From NCBI GenBank assembly GCA_050084515.1, contig CM114271.1:19654001-19718000 (forward strand): DNA of 64,000 nucleotides, read 5' to 3'. Positions 38,781 through 52,208 of this stretch are shown one piece after another (the stretch's first letter is position 1; the number at the start of each line of letters is the position of its first letter). Both the position numbers and the translations under genes were made by a program. This DNA comes from Blasia pusilla. Lineage: Eukaryota. The notes beneath the pieces were generated by a model. It was given only the letters and a program-made list of their open reading frames with translations, did not search any database and was not told where the DNA came from.

Positions 38781-40106
38781 TGTTGGAAATCAAGAGTTTG
38801 GGATGATGTTCCCCATTCAGTGGCTCATGGAAGTACTCACGGGAGCAAGAGCTGCTTGTTAGGATGTTTTGTAGTACAATTTTTTATACGGAAGAGTGGC
38901 GTGTGGAAGGGTTGCCCAATTGCTTTTGGAGGATTTGAGTATGGGGATGGATTTCTCCACGCTTGTACTCTCAAGATCATCTTGTATCTTTTTTGTGTAG
39001 GTTGCATGATTTCTTAGTTTTTTGGGTGGAAGAAATGAGGGGGGAAGTGCTGCCTGATTTTTCATAGGAGAGGAGGCCATGGGTTGTATGAGAGTTGTCG
39101 CCAGTTTCTAATGGAAGGTCAAATGAGTATCAAGAAGTTGTGCATATTGTCAAAGATAAAACGTACGATTTGGACATCTAAGCACGAAGTTTTGAGTATT
39201 TCCAACTTTCCATGGCTGCCTTAGCCAACTTTTGAAGGAAGGAGCAATTTCAAAAAATTTGGTTAAATTCTTAGTTGAGAGGTAGAAAAAAAAAGTAAAA
39301 ATTGGTTTCATCTTAGTGCATAGGATAAGGGGAAAAAGTGATTTGAGTTTAAAGTCAAGTGGAAACTTTATTTAGTGGATGATGATCCAAGATTTATGGG
39401 ACTTTATGGAGTATTAGCCAAAAGTGAGATAATTTTAGTGAGTTGATGTAACCATCTGTTGTTAGTCATAGTTAAGTTAGAGTCTATGACATGTAGCGCA
39501 TAAGTGGGAAAGAACAAGTCAAAAAGAAAGAAGACAAAGAACATGAGATAAAGATGAGAGTAGGGTCATATGTAGGTGGAAAGTAAGATAAGGATGAGGT
39601 TGGAGGTAGATGTGATAAGATGAGATAGGAATATCAGAGTCCAAATAAGATCCTCTAATAATATGAGAATATGACACGTGGTATAAGGATGGGTAGAACT
39701 ATTTTTTCTTCATTGTTCCTATCTCTAAGTATATAAAGGAAGAGAAGACTTGGGAGAGGCCTTAAGGGGCATTCTACCTTTGAGGAATTCTAGAGCGATC
39801 TTATGAGATTGAGAGTTACAATGGTATCAAAGTAAGGTTGCTCTTTTGACAAGAATGGATTACCCCTCTTGGAAGAATAATCAAGTAATGTATATTATTG
39901 AGAGTTAAATAGGCTTGTTAGAGATTGGTAGTGCCTCTAACAAGCCTATCAAACACTAAAACCTAAACCCTAAACTCTTTACTTAGAGTGTTTGGATGCC
40001 CTATTTATGTTCATATTCAAGAAGATGAGAGGTCTAAGTTAGATCCAAAGGCTAGAAAGTGCATCTTTCTAGGATATTAAAAGGGAGTGAAAGGATATAG
40101 ATTGTG
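38781..40106 (+). mobile_element. Ty1/Copia remnant: 5' LTR 38781-39820, PBS, internally deleted pol fragment
   Basis: TGTTGG...TTACA; PBS tggtatcaaag at 39822; LRVFGC..YVHI...[23 protein letters not shown] at 39980-40106. Confidence 0.8.
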
Positions 40107-43100
40107 CGGGAGGGGGTGCTTGTTATGAACAACTCCCCTACGTTGAGAGATGTAACATGGCGGAGGAGAGCGTAGCCACCATGGATTCTGGGCAAGAGCA
40201 GTCACGATTGGTTGCACCACCTGTGCAGCAATGTGGACTCCGAGATAGATCGATTGTGGCACCACAAGCTCAAGGAGCATACCGGGAGGTTGTGCCACAG
40301 AGACCTGCGCCTTCATATGCGGCTCAGCAGCAGCCGCCTACGATTACTTGTTGCTCATGTGGTGGAGCCCATCATAAGCGCGATTTCACTCGTCAGGGTC
40401 ATGGACGTGTGCCTTAGCATGGAGGAGGAGATGGTGTTGCACCAGGAGATTATCAGTGTGACTATTGTCAGAGGTATGGTCATACACGCGCTAGGGATTT
40501 CAGTTTATATCCTGAGTTACATCCAGATTGAGGGCCAAAGAGGGCACCGAAGCGAGTAGCCGGTCCGGGTGGGCCTAGTGATCTTGCACCAGGTGGTCCC
40601 GTTGGAGGATGAGGAGGTGGAGTTGCCCGCCAGGGTGGTAAAGCTGCCCATGGAGGAGGAAGAGTCCCACCACCTAGACGCGTCAAGGGAGACGCCGGTT
40701 GTGAAGCTGGGATGGCTGCTCAGATAGAGCAGCTACAAGAGCAAATTGCCGTTATAGCATTGAGGTTACCCGATGCCGGATCCGTGGCATCGACATTATA
40801 CGGAGCAACCAGAGATATGGAGGATCCAGGTTTGATGTGCGGGGTTGCCTAGATGGAGGCCGCCATAGCTATGACACGTGGAGCAGCCGCAGAATTGGAT
40901 CCATAGCGAGGGAAGCCAGGAAACATACTAGGCTTCCTCAGTCTTTCACGTTGTTCGAAGCGATGAGGACCCCATGGATGGGTCCTGATCAAAGTTCTTA
41001 GAGAGTTGGTGATGTTGTTGGTGTGCAAGCAGGGAGGGCGATGAGAGAAGTGAGTGTGACGACCCCTATTGCTGATGCTCAGGAGGGGCATGTGTCGAGC
41101 ACGTTGTTGGGGGTGGCCATCATCGTGTACCGCACTCTTTATTTTCTGCTTTCAATGTTATGAAGTTGGGGGGTACGCCCGCCGAGGTTTTTCGGCTGGC
41201 CGCTACACTCTGTGAGCGTGGAGTTGGAGTTCTTGCATCACGTTCATAGGTGATTGCAGAGGAGGTGATGAACCTACCCTTGGAGCGGATGCTCGGGCCG
41301 TCCATATCAGATTCATGGCAGGCTGCGGATGCTAGAATGGCGGAGATGCCCGCTAGACCCGCGATAGAGTGTGCCATGGCTTCTCCTGATGTTGTGTTGC
41401 TGGATAACCAAGCAGAGGTCTTCCAGTTGGTGAGTCCCGCAGGTAGAGCTTTTAGTCTGCACCACGTCTTGTTGGATTCAAGAGCGCAACACCTGATGTT
41501 GGGGAAAGCGTGATTCAGAGGATTGGGCTTGACGAGAGCCGATGTGGAGTGTTTTCCATTCCGGATACAAATATCCTTGGGTGGAGCGAGTACCACACAG
41601 TATATCACCCGACATGAGGTCGTGGTGAGGATTCACTTGGGACATCCTACAGATGAGTCCGCGGTGCGAGCCAAGGTGATAGGGACTGATGTAGAGTCCT
41701 GCGACGTCTTGGTTGGTGGAGCAGTGTTATACCCCATGGGGTTTTCGTGGATTATTGGGAGTAGTCAGTATCCTACAGACTAGGATGGCAGTCAGGTGAT
41801 GGGCGCCTTAGCTCATTACCCGTTTGATTCACAGATGTAGTGATCGAGCGACGGCCAGAAGAGATGGCGACCTTAGCAGCATTTAGCAGTGCTATCACTT
41901 GGCCTAGTGATTTGATTGAGGGACATGTCCATGCAAAGGATACTTCCAATCCTGACATTTCTATGCAAAGGAGTTTCATGGTAGCCGCATCAGTGCGTGG
42001 AGGAGAGATGCCGCTTTGGGGCTCGACTGAGGAGCTTCAACGCTTAGCCATTGAGCATATGCAAACCGCGTGGAACGAGACGTTTGCACCTGAGAGTGAT
42101 GGGTTAGAGGAACCCCAAGTATGCAATAGTGCTGCTATGAACCCTTTGGATACCACCCCGATTGCGTGGTGCATCCCAGAGAAGGGTATTCGGGTGTTGG
42201 ATCTCTTTGGAGGGATCATCACTAGGTTAGCTAATATTTTGGATGCGGGAGTGCGCGTGCAGCAGTTCCTGTATGTGGAGATTGCTAATGTTGCAAGGCG
42301 CGCTTCACTTCACCATGTGGGGCTGTTACGCCTACGTTTTCCCGACTTGTTGTCTGCGTCCGCCATTCAGGGTTACCAAAGTTCCCTACCGAGGGACATT
42401 TCATTGTTAGGGGCCCTAAGTTAACAGGAGGAGAGTGGTACCGGATACACCAGTTCCTTAGGAGTTATAGGAGCTATTTTGCATTTAGTATGCATGATTT
42501 GGGTACGCTAAAGGGTCCAGGAATCCGCATTGAGTTGTCGAGTGACACGCCGATCTTCCGATGATCCTACAGGTACAGTGAGATGGAGAGGGCTCTGATT
42601 CAGAGTAGGAGCCAAGACTTGCTTGGAGTAGAACTAGTGGAGATGTCCATAGAGAGTATGCATCTACCATTGTCATGCCCTCCGAGAAGGATGTGCATGG
42701 CAACTGGACGGATAGGCAGATGTGTGGAGATTACCAACCTATCAATCGGCAGACAAAGTCCGATAGGTATGCCATGCCCACCCGTGAGGAGATCTTTGAT
42801 GCGATTGGGCATGCAAAGGTCTTCACTTCTTTGGATTTGCAAGCCAGATACCATCAACTGCCTATCAGATTGGAGGACAAGCATAAGACAGCATTTTGGG
42901 GCATAGATCCTCACGGGAAGGATTGTTTGTACCAGTGGCGGTTCTTACCATTCAGGTTAAAGAATGCCCCGGCTGAGTTTCAAAGGGTCATGGATAGGAT
43001 CTTTGCAGGTCTGGAGTTTGCTAGGTGTTATATTGATGACATCGTAGCTAGTCTTTAGCGCCACGGTTGAGAAGCATGAGCGACATCTAGAGGAGGTTTT

Positions 43101-46100
43101 TCGATGATTGCAGTTACATGGGCTAAAGCTACATCCAGGCAAGTGCAAGTTCTTCTATGGCCAGATTGAGTACGTGGGTCATATGATATACCCAAGGGGC
43201 CTTGGTGTGCAACATAAAAAGGTAGAGGCTATTTCACGCATTCCACGCCCTACAGATGTGAGTCGAGTTCGTGCATTGATGGGATTAGCGAGCTTCTATC
43301 GACGGTACGTCAAGGCTTCAGTTCGATTGCAAAGCTGCTAACCTTGATGACCAAGAAGGATCAAGAGTGGCACTGGGGGGATGAGCAAGAGAGAGCATTT
43401 CAGATGCTCAAGGACAGATTGATATCCGCGCCCATATTGAGGAGATCGATGAGGGGGTGTCCTTTCCAGTTGCATACCGATTGGAGCATGTTGGGGCTTG
43501 GAGCCGTGCTCACCCAGCATGACGATGATGGTAGAGAGTTTGTGGTGGCTTACGTTAGTTGCTTGAACAATGGTGCACAGGCGAAGTATAGCTCGTATGA
43601 GGGTGAGTGCTTGGCTGCAGTGTGGGCTGTCGCACATTTTAGATGTTATCTATTCGGCAATCCCTTTACCATCATTGCTGATCATCAGCCACTTAAGTGG
43701 TTGATGGAGTCCAACAAGCTTATAGGGAAGCTTGCCAGGTGGGCTCTTTTGTTGCAAGAGTATGTCTTCTAGGTGGTGCATAGACCTGAGACGCTCAACC
43801 AAGATGCAGATGGTTTGAGCCGTAACCCATGCCCGAGTCAACGAGATACGATTGGAGCTCGTTGGCATGGTGAGAGTGATGAGGAGTTGGTGCCAGGATG
43901 GCACGCGTCAGCCTATTTGGGCTTGTTGGCTATGGAGAGCTAGATTGCTGAGACTTCCATGGCGAGGTCTGATGGAGAGTCCTTAGATCTAGAGGCCGGT
44001 GAGGAGGAAACAAGTGGCCGAGATATTCACGATGATGGAGTGGTCTTGGAGTACCTACGTACTGGCAGCATCGCGAGCACAGTGGGTGCTAGAGAGCGGG
44101 ATTGGATCCTACAGCGAGCCATACGGTTCCGATGGGAGGGCACACATGTGTTGCGAGTGTGGGAGGATGGTAGAGTGCATGTAGTGCCTCATCCTTTGTA
44201 GAGAGCACGTTTGGTGCATCATGCCCACAAGGAGTTGGGTCATTTTGGAGTGAAGCACACGTACAGCTTGGTCCAGATTCAGTATTGGTGGCGAGGCATG
44301 CAGACTGACGTTCAGCAATTTGTTGCTGGATGCATAGTGTGTGATCAAGTCCGAGCATTGTTCAATGCTCTCCAAAGTTGCATCCACTTCCAATCATGGG
44401 TTTAGGTTATAGATGGAGTTTGGATTTTGCAAGACCTTTGCCTATGACGGAGCGTGATAGTCGTTATGTGTTGGTGATGGTCGAGCACTTCTCGAAGTGG
44501 ATAGAGTTGGTTGCATTCCCTGACAAAGCAAGTGAGGGAGTAGCGTATGCCTTCCTAGATTGAGTGTTGAGCAATTATGGCACACCAGCTGAGGTGTTGA
44601 CAGACCAGGGTACACAATTTCGAGGGGAGTTTCAGGCCTTGTGTGATTAGGCACTAATCAACCACTGCACTACTTCGCGAGATCATCTTGAGGCGGATGG
44701 ACTAGCAGAGCAAGTTGTGCACACGGTGAAGAAAGGACTACGTACGTATCGCTTGCAGAGAGGTCACCTAGGAGATTGGGACCTTCAATTGCCGTGATTG
44801 GCGATGTGATACAGATTCACCAGGCGGGCATCCTTAGCGTCTTTCTCACCGTACTTGTTACTTTATGGCCGAGAGCCAAATTTACCTATTGCCATTGGTC
44901 AAGATTTTGGTGAGGTGTTGACCCTTGATGACCTTGATGTATGGATGTGAACATGTTCTCACAGGGCTGAGTTGTTTTGGAGAGTGATGCCAATGGCGTT
45001 TGAGAACTTGGCGATTGCGCAACATCGGGATACGTTGAGGTATGCGACTATTCGGGGAGGTGGTTATCGACCCACTATCCGGAGGTTTCATCAGGGAGAC
45101 TATGTTTACTTGCAGCAGACAGCACCCACGATGTTGGATGTAACTATAGGGCGCACCATCTTGAGAGTGCATGAGGTTTTACCATCCGATGTTCTCTTAT
45201 TGGAGGAACACAATGGTATGGTTTGGAAGGACCATGTGCGTAACTATGCGCCATGTAATCTTCCGAACATTGACGGTATAGTTGATCCCAACTTAGCAAT
45301 AGTTCATGTTGGCTTGCGGTGTATGTTGTGTGGTTTCGCCCATAGTGCATCCACTATGCTAGTCTGTGATGCGTGTTCAAGAGGATGGCATATGGCATAT
45401 TTGATGCCACCTCTCACTAGGGTTCCTCAGGGACGATGGATGTGTCCCAGATGTACATAGAGTAGGTAGTTCTACATTCCGACCTGTGTCTATGATATGG
45501 ATGACAGTAAGACGACTAAAGATGGGGCCATATAAGCACCCGGCATTCTTGCTCTTAGCGTCCCAGAGATATATGTCATGGTAGGTAGGGATAGATGGCT
45601 ATCTGGAGTTAGAGGGACCTAACCACCAGCTAGGGGGGCGATTGGAGATATTATGGTACTTCTTGTCTTGTTTTTTGAATGCCATGAGTTAGTATGGGAT
45701 CGTGCGTGCTTGTGTGTGTATTCGGTGACAACAATGTATGTTGTGTAGCGATGTATATACGCATGAAAACTGTCACGTCTTTTAGGATATATCAATGAGA
45801 TCTAGTAGAGCGCCTTTATGAGTAGTGGAGGACAGGCTCAGTAGGTCGATGATGACTTGCTAAGGCCCCGAAAAACTTGAGAGATTAGTTTTCCCTTTCG
45901 TTTCGGCTCATTTGGAGCCATATTGAGGAACTTACTATTTTAGATAAGTACCATTTTGAGTATATGATAGACTTTCTATTTTTGGTAAGTGGCCCTTGAC
46001 CTCTTACATTAGGTCAAGAGCCAAGGAGGTGACTTGGGAGCATAGGTTACCATGGAGAGAGCTTGGGAGAGGGGAGGGGTATACCTCAAGGAGAGAGAGC

Positions 46101-46405
46101 TTGAGAGCTCATTCTCTCTTTGTTGAACCTCTTGGCAAGAGGCGATGGAGCTATGGTCTTGCTTGCCTTGTGTGTGTAACCCAAGCCTCTCATTAGGAGA
46201 GTGGGTTTGGTTTCACATTGAGAGAGACATGTGAGAGTGTTCACATGTGAGAACTATAGTGTTGTGAGAGAGATTGTATCTTATTTGATTGGAGATATTT
46301 TGGTACTTCTTGTCTCGTTGTTTGGATGCCATGAGTTAGCATGGAATCGTGTGTGTGTTCGGTGACAGCAATGTATGTTGTGTAGCAATGTGTATGCGCA
46401 TAAGA
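40107..46405 (+). mobile_element. DNMT-Gypsy copy 2: partial gag-PR-DNMT(N-half)-RT-RH-INT-PHD-B1 (45641-45768)-A2 (45771-46287)-B2 (46288-46405)
   Basis: Protease VLLDSRAQ; IRVLDLFGG; RT CYIDD near 43030; RNase H HTDWS...DHQPL; integrase WSLDFA; PHD 45316-45460. Confidence 0.92.
42187..42414 (+). pseudogene. DNMT motifs I-III; the rest of the domain is deleted
   Basis: IRVLDLFGGIIT...FLYVEIANVARR...LPRDISLLG, followed directly by the pre-RT linker. Confidence 0.88.
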
Positions 46406-46439
46406 AGCATCATCACATGTTTGCAAGTCATGAAGACAA

Positions 46440-48480
46440 GCTTGCACTCCTCTACTTGTAACTCTATGTGCAGAGGCCCAATTCTGTCTGCCCCTTCTTC
46501 TTGTATCATCAAATGTTAGATGATGGTGCTTGTTAGGATAAAGGTTTTACACCAATTTTATGTGTTCTAAAGATGCTATGTAAGGACCTAACATAATTGG
46601 ATGGTTTGCTCTATCTAATGGGTTGAACAATTTCTTCCCACAATGAGGAGGATCACCAAACCCTCCATAATCCCCATTAGGATATTCATGTACTGTGAAT
46701 CCCCACCCTGCCCAATTCAGACCCTTACGAGGATGATCCCCTTATGGTCCTCTATCCATATAATCTTCAAGCATGAGATTACGCCTTCGTGCATCACCAT
46801 CAGAAGCATTCCCAATAACAAGGCCTACCGATTTCCTACAATATGCATCCCACATGGTTTTCATATCCTCCCAATGAGCCCTTACCCAATCTGCTGTAAA
46901 CCCATTACATGTGTAGGTGGCACAAATAACTCATTTGGGAAGTCTCTCATGTAGAGGGTTTACAACAATTACACGAGCATAAACACCAATTATATGACTC
47001 TCAAATGTGGACATGATTTTCTTATATCCCTCATCTCCCTCTCCGACCACAATTTCCAAGCCTAAAATACATTAATGGTTTTCAGACGGACCATAAAAAC
47101 CCAACAGAGTATCCCACTTTGATTTCCACCTGCCACAAGGAGAAAAAGAAACCTGAGATTATCTTCAAAAGGCAGTACAAAGCAACTTAAAAAACAGGGT
47201 ATGCTCTACCATTCAAGACATCAAATAGTTCAATGTAAAGGAGCATGTATTTAATAAAATACCTCACACGACCTTTCACCCTGATTTCGTCTTTAGCAAA
47301 CACCACAGGGACATCCCCAGTGATGCCATTTCTCTCCTTTTCTGCAATCAGTATCCGTCCCACTTCTTTAAACACGTCTAATCTAATGCCGCATCGAAAG
47401 GGAACAAAATTTCTTCTTTCTCTTTTTTATGTACTTAAACTTGGGCCCATAAGATTCAATGCTAGGCATCTTGTTGTAGGTCGACCGCCAAATTGCAAAA
47501 GTGCCTGGGCAATGGCTTTTGTCCTTTTTGAAAATTTGTGCCCCTTCTCTTTCCTATTCAGTTTTTTCCTAGATCTTGGAGATAGTCCCAAAGGGCTTCT
47601 TTTCCTCCAAAGGATCCACTCCTATGTGCCATTATAATGTTTCGAAGGAAAGAAAGAAAATCTTGCCTATCGGCTCCCCGATCTAACAAGAAGTCTAGTT
47701 TATGTTTCTTTGTTTGGAGTGCACATACCCTCTTCCTCAAGCCAAAATTGATCAAGCGCAATGTTCTCCTCTCACGAGCATAAGTACGAGCTTGCAACCA
47801 TACCTCAAGCTTAGTGAGATAATCCAATCTTATGTGCATAAAGGTCGATCTTGTCCTTCGCCGAGTCCCAGTCTTGTCTTCTCTGTCAACTCTCATCCTG
47901 AAATCCCCCTCTTTAGTCAGCTTGAAGCACTCATCACAAGTGAGGTGCTTAAAACCATCTCCCAATCTACTAGCATGCAGAACAATTAATTGATATGAAC
48001 AAACCCCTTATGTCCACCCAACACTTAGATGTGGGGTTGAATACCCTCTTCCTTACTGTGGCATCTGGTTCCCATGTTTTGCCTCCCTTCTGATCATGCA
48101 ATATTGCCTTGACTTCTTTCTGAATCCATAGACCTCCACAATGTCTCTCCAATAACTCCTATACAATTGAGATAACGGAAAGTCGGCAAGGTTTTCAGTA
48201 CGTGAAGCCTCACCTTCAAAACCCCCACCATGTTGAGACCCCCCAAGCCGAGAACATTTCACCAGCCACCTCTCAAGGGCATTGTTGGGATTAACGTTTC
48301 TATCCTAAGGCTTTGCAGGTCTTCCTGCCTTTCTTGTCCTTAGAGGTGCACAAGCATTTGCTCTACTCAGTTCCACACCTCTGAGATGGAACTTGCTAGT
48401 CAAATGCTGCTCTAGGTTCGTCTTCAAGTTCTTATGTGCAGGGGCTAAGTGGATGGTGTCTTTACAATTTTTGTGACCAA
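46440..48480 (-). pseudogene. P-element/THAP9-family-like DDE transposase, decayed, with an intron at about 47130-47262
   Basis: Hand translation: GHKFSKRTKAIAQALLQFGG...GPSLST (HTH-like); VVFAKDEIRVK...WDTLLGF; GNASDGDARRR; GDPPHCGKKLFN (DxxH); RQNWASA. Confidence 0.75.
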
Positions 48481-48481
48481 T

Positions 48482-51400
48482 TTGCCGTAGAAAGAATGTG
48501 AGAATCTCAGGTTTGCTGAAAACAGAGAGCGAAGAGGTGAAGAGTGTTGTCACCAAGTTCTTGGTTGATACACTTCATGTTCATAACCCGGACTTGGCTC
48601 AAGCTTTCCGTATTGGGAAAACGGGCACACAACCTCGTGTCATTCTAGTTAAGTTTGTTGATCAAACTCAACGTGATACTGCCATGGCGAACAAGGCCAT
48701 TCTCAAAGGACGGAGGATATGGTTGGATCGTGATCTCACACCTCTACAAGTCGAAGCTAGGAGAAAGGAGCTTGCAAAGGTCAAAGAGGCTCAAGAAGCA
48801 AGTTTTATTGCTTATCTACGCGATGGTTAAGAAATTGTTACCCAGAGAAAAAGAGAGTGATCAACCTAGCAATCCAAGAAGCTGAGAGTGTTGATGTGGA
48901 ATATACAAGGCCTTTCAACAACAAAGTATGTGAGTGCTCTACCAATTTGGGGGATGGCGAATATCATCAATATTGTGGAGACTTGGGAACATGAGAGCAA
49001 TAATATTGCAGAGGTGGAAGGGTTTACTTTGGTGGGATCGACATGGAATCAAAGAAGGCAACGGGCAGGAAGGGGTTATGGCGGTATTGCTACTTTCATC
49101 AGGTCTCAATTTCTACCTCTCATACATCTAGAAGATCAAGATATCGGGGGCCAATATCATTGGCTACGTCTTGGTTTGGTTGGAGGATCTTATTGTTATT
49201 TGGCAGTTTGTTATTTTGGACCACTCTCCATGTCTATCTACTCAACACGCACTCATAATCGAAGTCAACCGTTCCATCAACTTATTGGGGATGTTCTCAA
49301 ATATCAAAGCAAAGGTGAAGTCTTTCTAGTTGGAGATTTCAATGCTCGCACACGTACTCCTCAATTTACCCAATTCAGTGATTCCTTGATTTCTCCTCTT
49401 CTCGAAGAACATGAGGATGGTTTGTGGTCTAGAATCTCTTCAAATCTTTCTAGAAATCCTTTGACATAGCATTTTTTAACCTTCGGAGCCACTTGTAATT
49501 TGAAAGTTCTTAATGGAACCTCTCATTTTCCCAACTCTCACTCCAATACGTGTTTCTCCTCTACCGGCGCTAGCACCATCGATTATCTTCTATCCTCGCC
49601 CGCTAATAGCTCTCTTATCTCTACATTTGATATTCTAGAACCTCAGCCTGAATCAGATCATGCACCTCTTTTGTTTACTCTCTCACTGTCAAAGCCAACT
49701 CCTCTCTCGACATGTCAATCTATTTAAGCTTCTCCCAAGTTTCGCTTAGATCCTGGTAAAAAAGATCTTTATACGCTATATTTACAAGAACTCTTGACTC
49801 GCATTGTATGGAGCCCAGATCCAAACACGGCAAGTATGCAACTAACCGAATTGCTCAAAAATAGTGCATCTAAGTTCTTTTCGCGCCATAGGGATAGAAG
49901 TGCTAGGAGGCTGCCTTGTAATGGATGGTTTGACTCTGAATGCAAGCAAGCAAGGGCACGATGAGTTGATAAATCTTTGGATATCCCAAGTCGGCTTATT
50001 ATGACGAGCCTTTACAAATACTTGGTGAAATCTAAGAAACGAGCTTTCTTGCGGCGGAAACAAGAGTCCTTGACAAGGGAGCTGCATGAGGATCCCAAAT
50101 CATTTTGGAGACGGTTAGTAGTACGGTCTTCAAAACCTATTCTTGATCCCAAGTCTTTGATATCTTTTGCCGAAAAGCTCTATTTCTTCCCCGATGCTAC
50201 ATCTATGCCACGTTGTGAAGGAATACCTGGCTTATTCTCTGAAGGCGAGGTGATGACTCAACTAAGAAGATTGGCGAATGGTAAATGTGAGGATTTGGAT
50301 GGTCTTTCTATTGAACTTTTCTAGTGGGGAGGAGATTGTATTGGACCGATCCTCACCAAAGTATTGGATGATGCTGCTATCTATGGTTTTCCTCCAACGT
50401 GGTCGCTACGGGAGATTGTTCCTATTCACAAATCAGGAAGGAAGGACTTGATGAAAAACTATCGCACTATCATGGTGGGTAGTGTTTTTGCCAAGTTGTT
50501 TGGGAAATTGGTAGAGTCGAAGTTGAGCACATGGACAGAGACTTTCCAAAAGAGAGCACGGGTCCAATCTGGTTTTCGCCCAACATACAACACCATCGAC
50601 CATATCTTGGCCTTGCGTGTTTTATGGGAGAAATCTAAGGGCAATGGAAAAGCTTTGTTTTGCGGCTTCATCGATTTCAAGAAAGCTTTTGATATTGTAC
50701 CTCGTAAGCTCTTATGGGAAAGGTTGCAAGCCATTGGAGTACCACCAAATCTCCTAGCAACCGTGGCCACGTTATACCATTCCGTTCGGGCCAAGATCAA
50801 AGGTTCAAAAACTCAAGAGATCTTGAGTACCATTGGAGTCATTCAAGGTTGCCCTCTCTCCCCTAAACTTTTTGGAGTTTTCATAGATGATATCGAAAAG
50901 TGGTTGGAGGAATGTGATAGTGAAGGTGTCAAGCTTGGGGACTTTGTCATCAAAGCTCTATTGTATGCAGATGATATCATATTACTAGCACGTGATGGCA
51001 TTAGTTTACAAAAGCACCTCGACACTTTGGCAAGGTTTTGTACCCAGAATCACATGGAGGTTAATATGGAGAAGTCTAAAGTCATTATAGTGGGTACTAG
51101 ATCCAAATTCTCGTTCTTTTACAAAGGTCTACAATTAGAACAAATGAAGAGTTATAAATATCTAGGCATCGATTTCTCTAATGACTATAGTTGGACACTT
51201 TGCATGCAAAAGAGAGTAGAAGCTGGTTACAAAGCTCTATATTCATTTTTAAACTGGTGTAGTAGAGCTCATCTTGTATCTTGGAGTCTTAGGAAATTCT
51301 TATTTAGGAGCTTAGTGTTGCCGGTGGTCTTATATGGGACCCAATTTTGGGGCCCTAGTTGTAAGAAGACAGGTTGGGAGCGCGTGGAGAGAGTGCAAAA

Positions 51401-52208
51401 GATCTTTCTACAAGAAGAATTGGGTGTAAGAAACCAAACTCCGTATGCTATTCTTCTTGCGGAAACAGGTTGTCTTCCTCTAGAAGCTGAAGCTCTTTAC
51501 TTGATCATCACTTACATTGCAAGGGTGAGATCTCTTGATCTTTCTCGCCTCCCTCATCAAGCTTTGCGAGCCACACATTCCATAGGATGGATGGCGGATG
51601 TGGTGACTTGGTCTTCAAAGTGGAATGTGGCAGAACGCGATTGGGACTTGAAACCAATGGCCCTCCGTGAGCATCTACAGAAGCAATTTCTCAATATTAT
51701 TTGGAGGAGCCGGGGCACCAAAATGGAGTTTTATCAACTTCATGTTAATCCTATGCTTGTATATTGTGAACAAGGATACCTACTTGCGGGGATCTCAACA
51801 TTTTAACGTCATATTATCGCACGACATAGAACTGGGTCTCATAGGCTAGGAATTGAGGAAGGACGATGGTTTAATATTGATAGAAGTGAACGAATTTGTA
51901 GGTTATGTGACGGAGAAAATATTGAGGATGAAGAGCATGTGTTTGTTACATGTCCAAGGTATGCAGAGATTAGACTAACTCATAAAATAGATGTGGAGAA
52001 TTTTTATTCTTTACTATAGCTAGTGCCTTATGATTTAGGTTGTTATATTAGGGACGTCATTATTTATCGCTCAAGTGCTCTAGGCTGTAGCTAGGAGAAG
52101 GTCTTAAGGATCTTTTCAGGGTCAGTGAATGAATGACTTGTAATGTGTTTTTCAGCCTTTTGACCCTTTGGGTCCCACCGGCTTGATCTATTTACCATTT
52201 ACCATTTA
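48482..52208 (+). mobile_element. 5'-truncated non-LTR retrotransposon (RTEX-like): ORF1 3' part, ORF2 APE-RT-CCHC, (TTTACCA)n tail
   Basis: ORF1 RRKNVRISGL...AFRIGK...PRVILVKF...DRDLT; endonuclease WNIQG, ETW, GDFNA, IDY, SDH; RT QGCPLSP, LLYADD; RICRLC...EDEEHVFVTC near 51890-51955; tail at 52190-52208; possible TSD CAAT. Confidence 0.9.

Noticed and set aside
40107-46405. DIRS/Ngaro tyrosine-recombinase element, suggested by the split repeats and methyltransferase
   Set aside because: No tyrosine recombinase motifs were seen. The element has an aspartic protease, a retroviral-type integrase, TG...CA ends and a TSD, and its MTase is C5-type rather than adenine-type.
38511-46405. A repeat at 38511 as the true 5' end of copy 2
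   Set aside because: Flanks do not match (ACTC versus AGCA) and a Copia fragment plus deletion intervenes, so it cannot be established.
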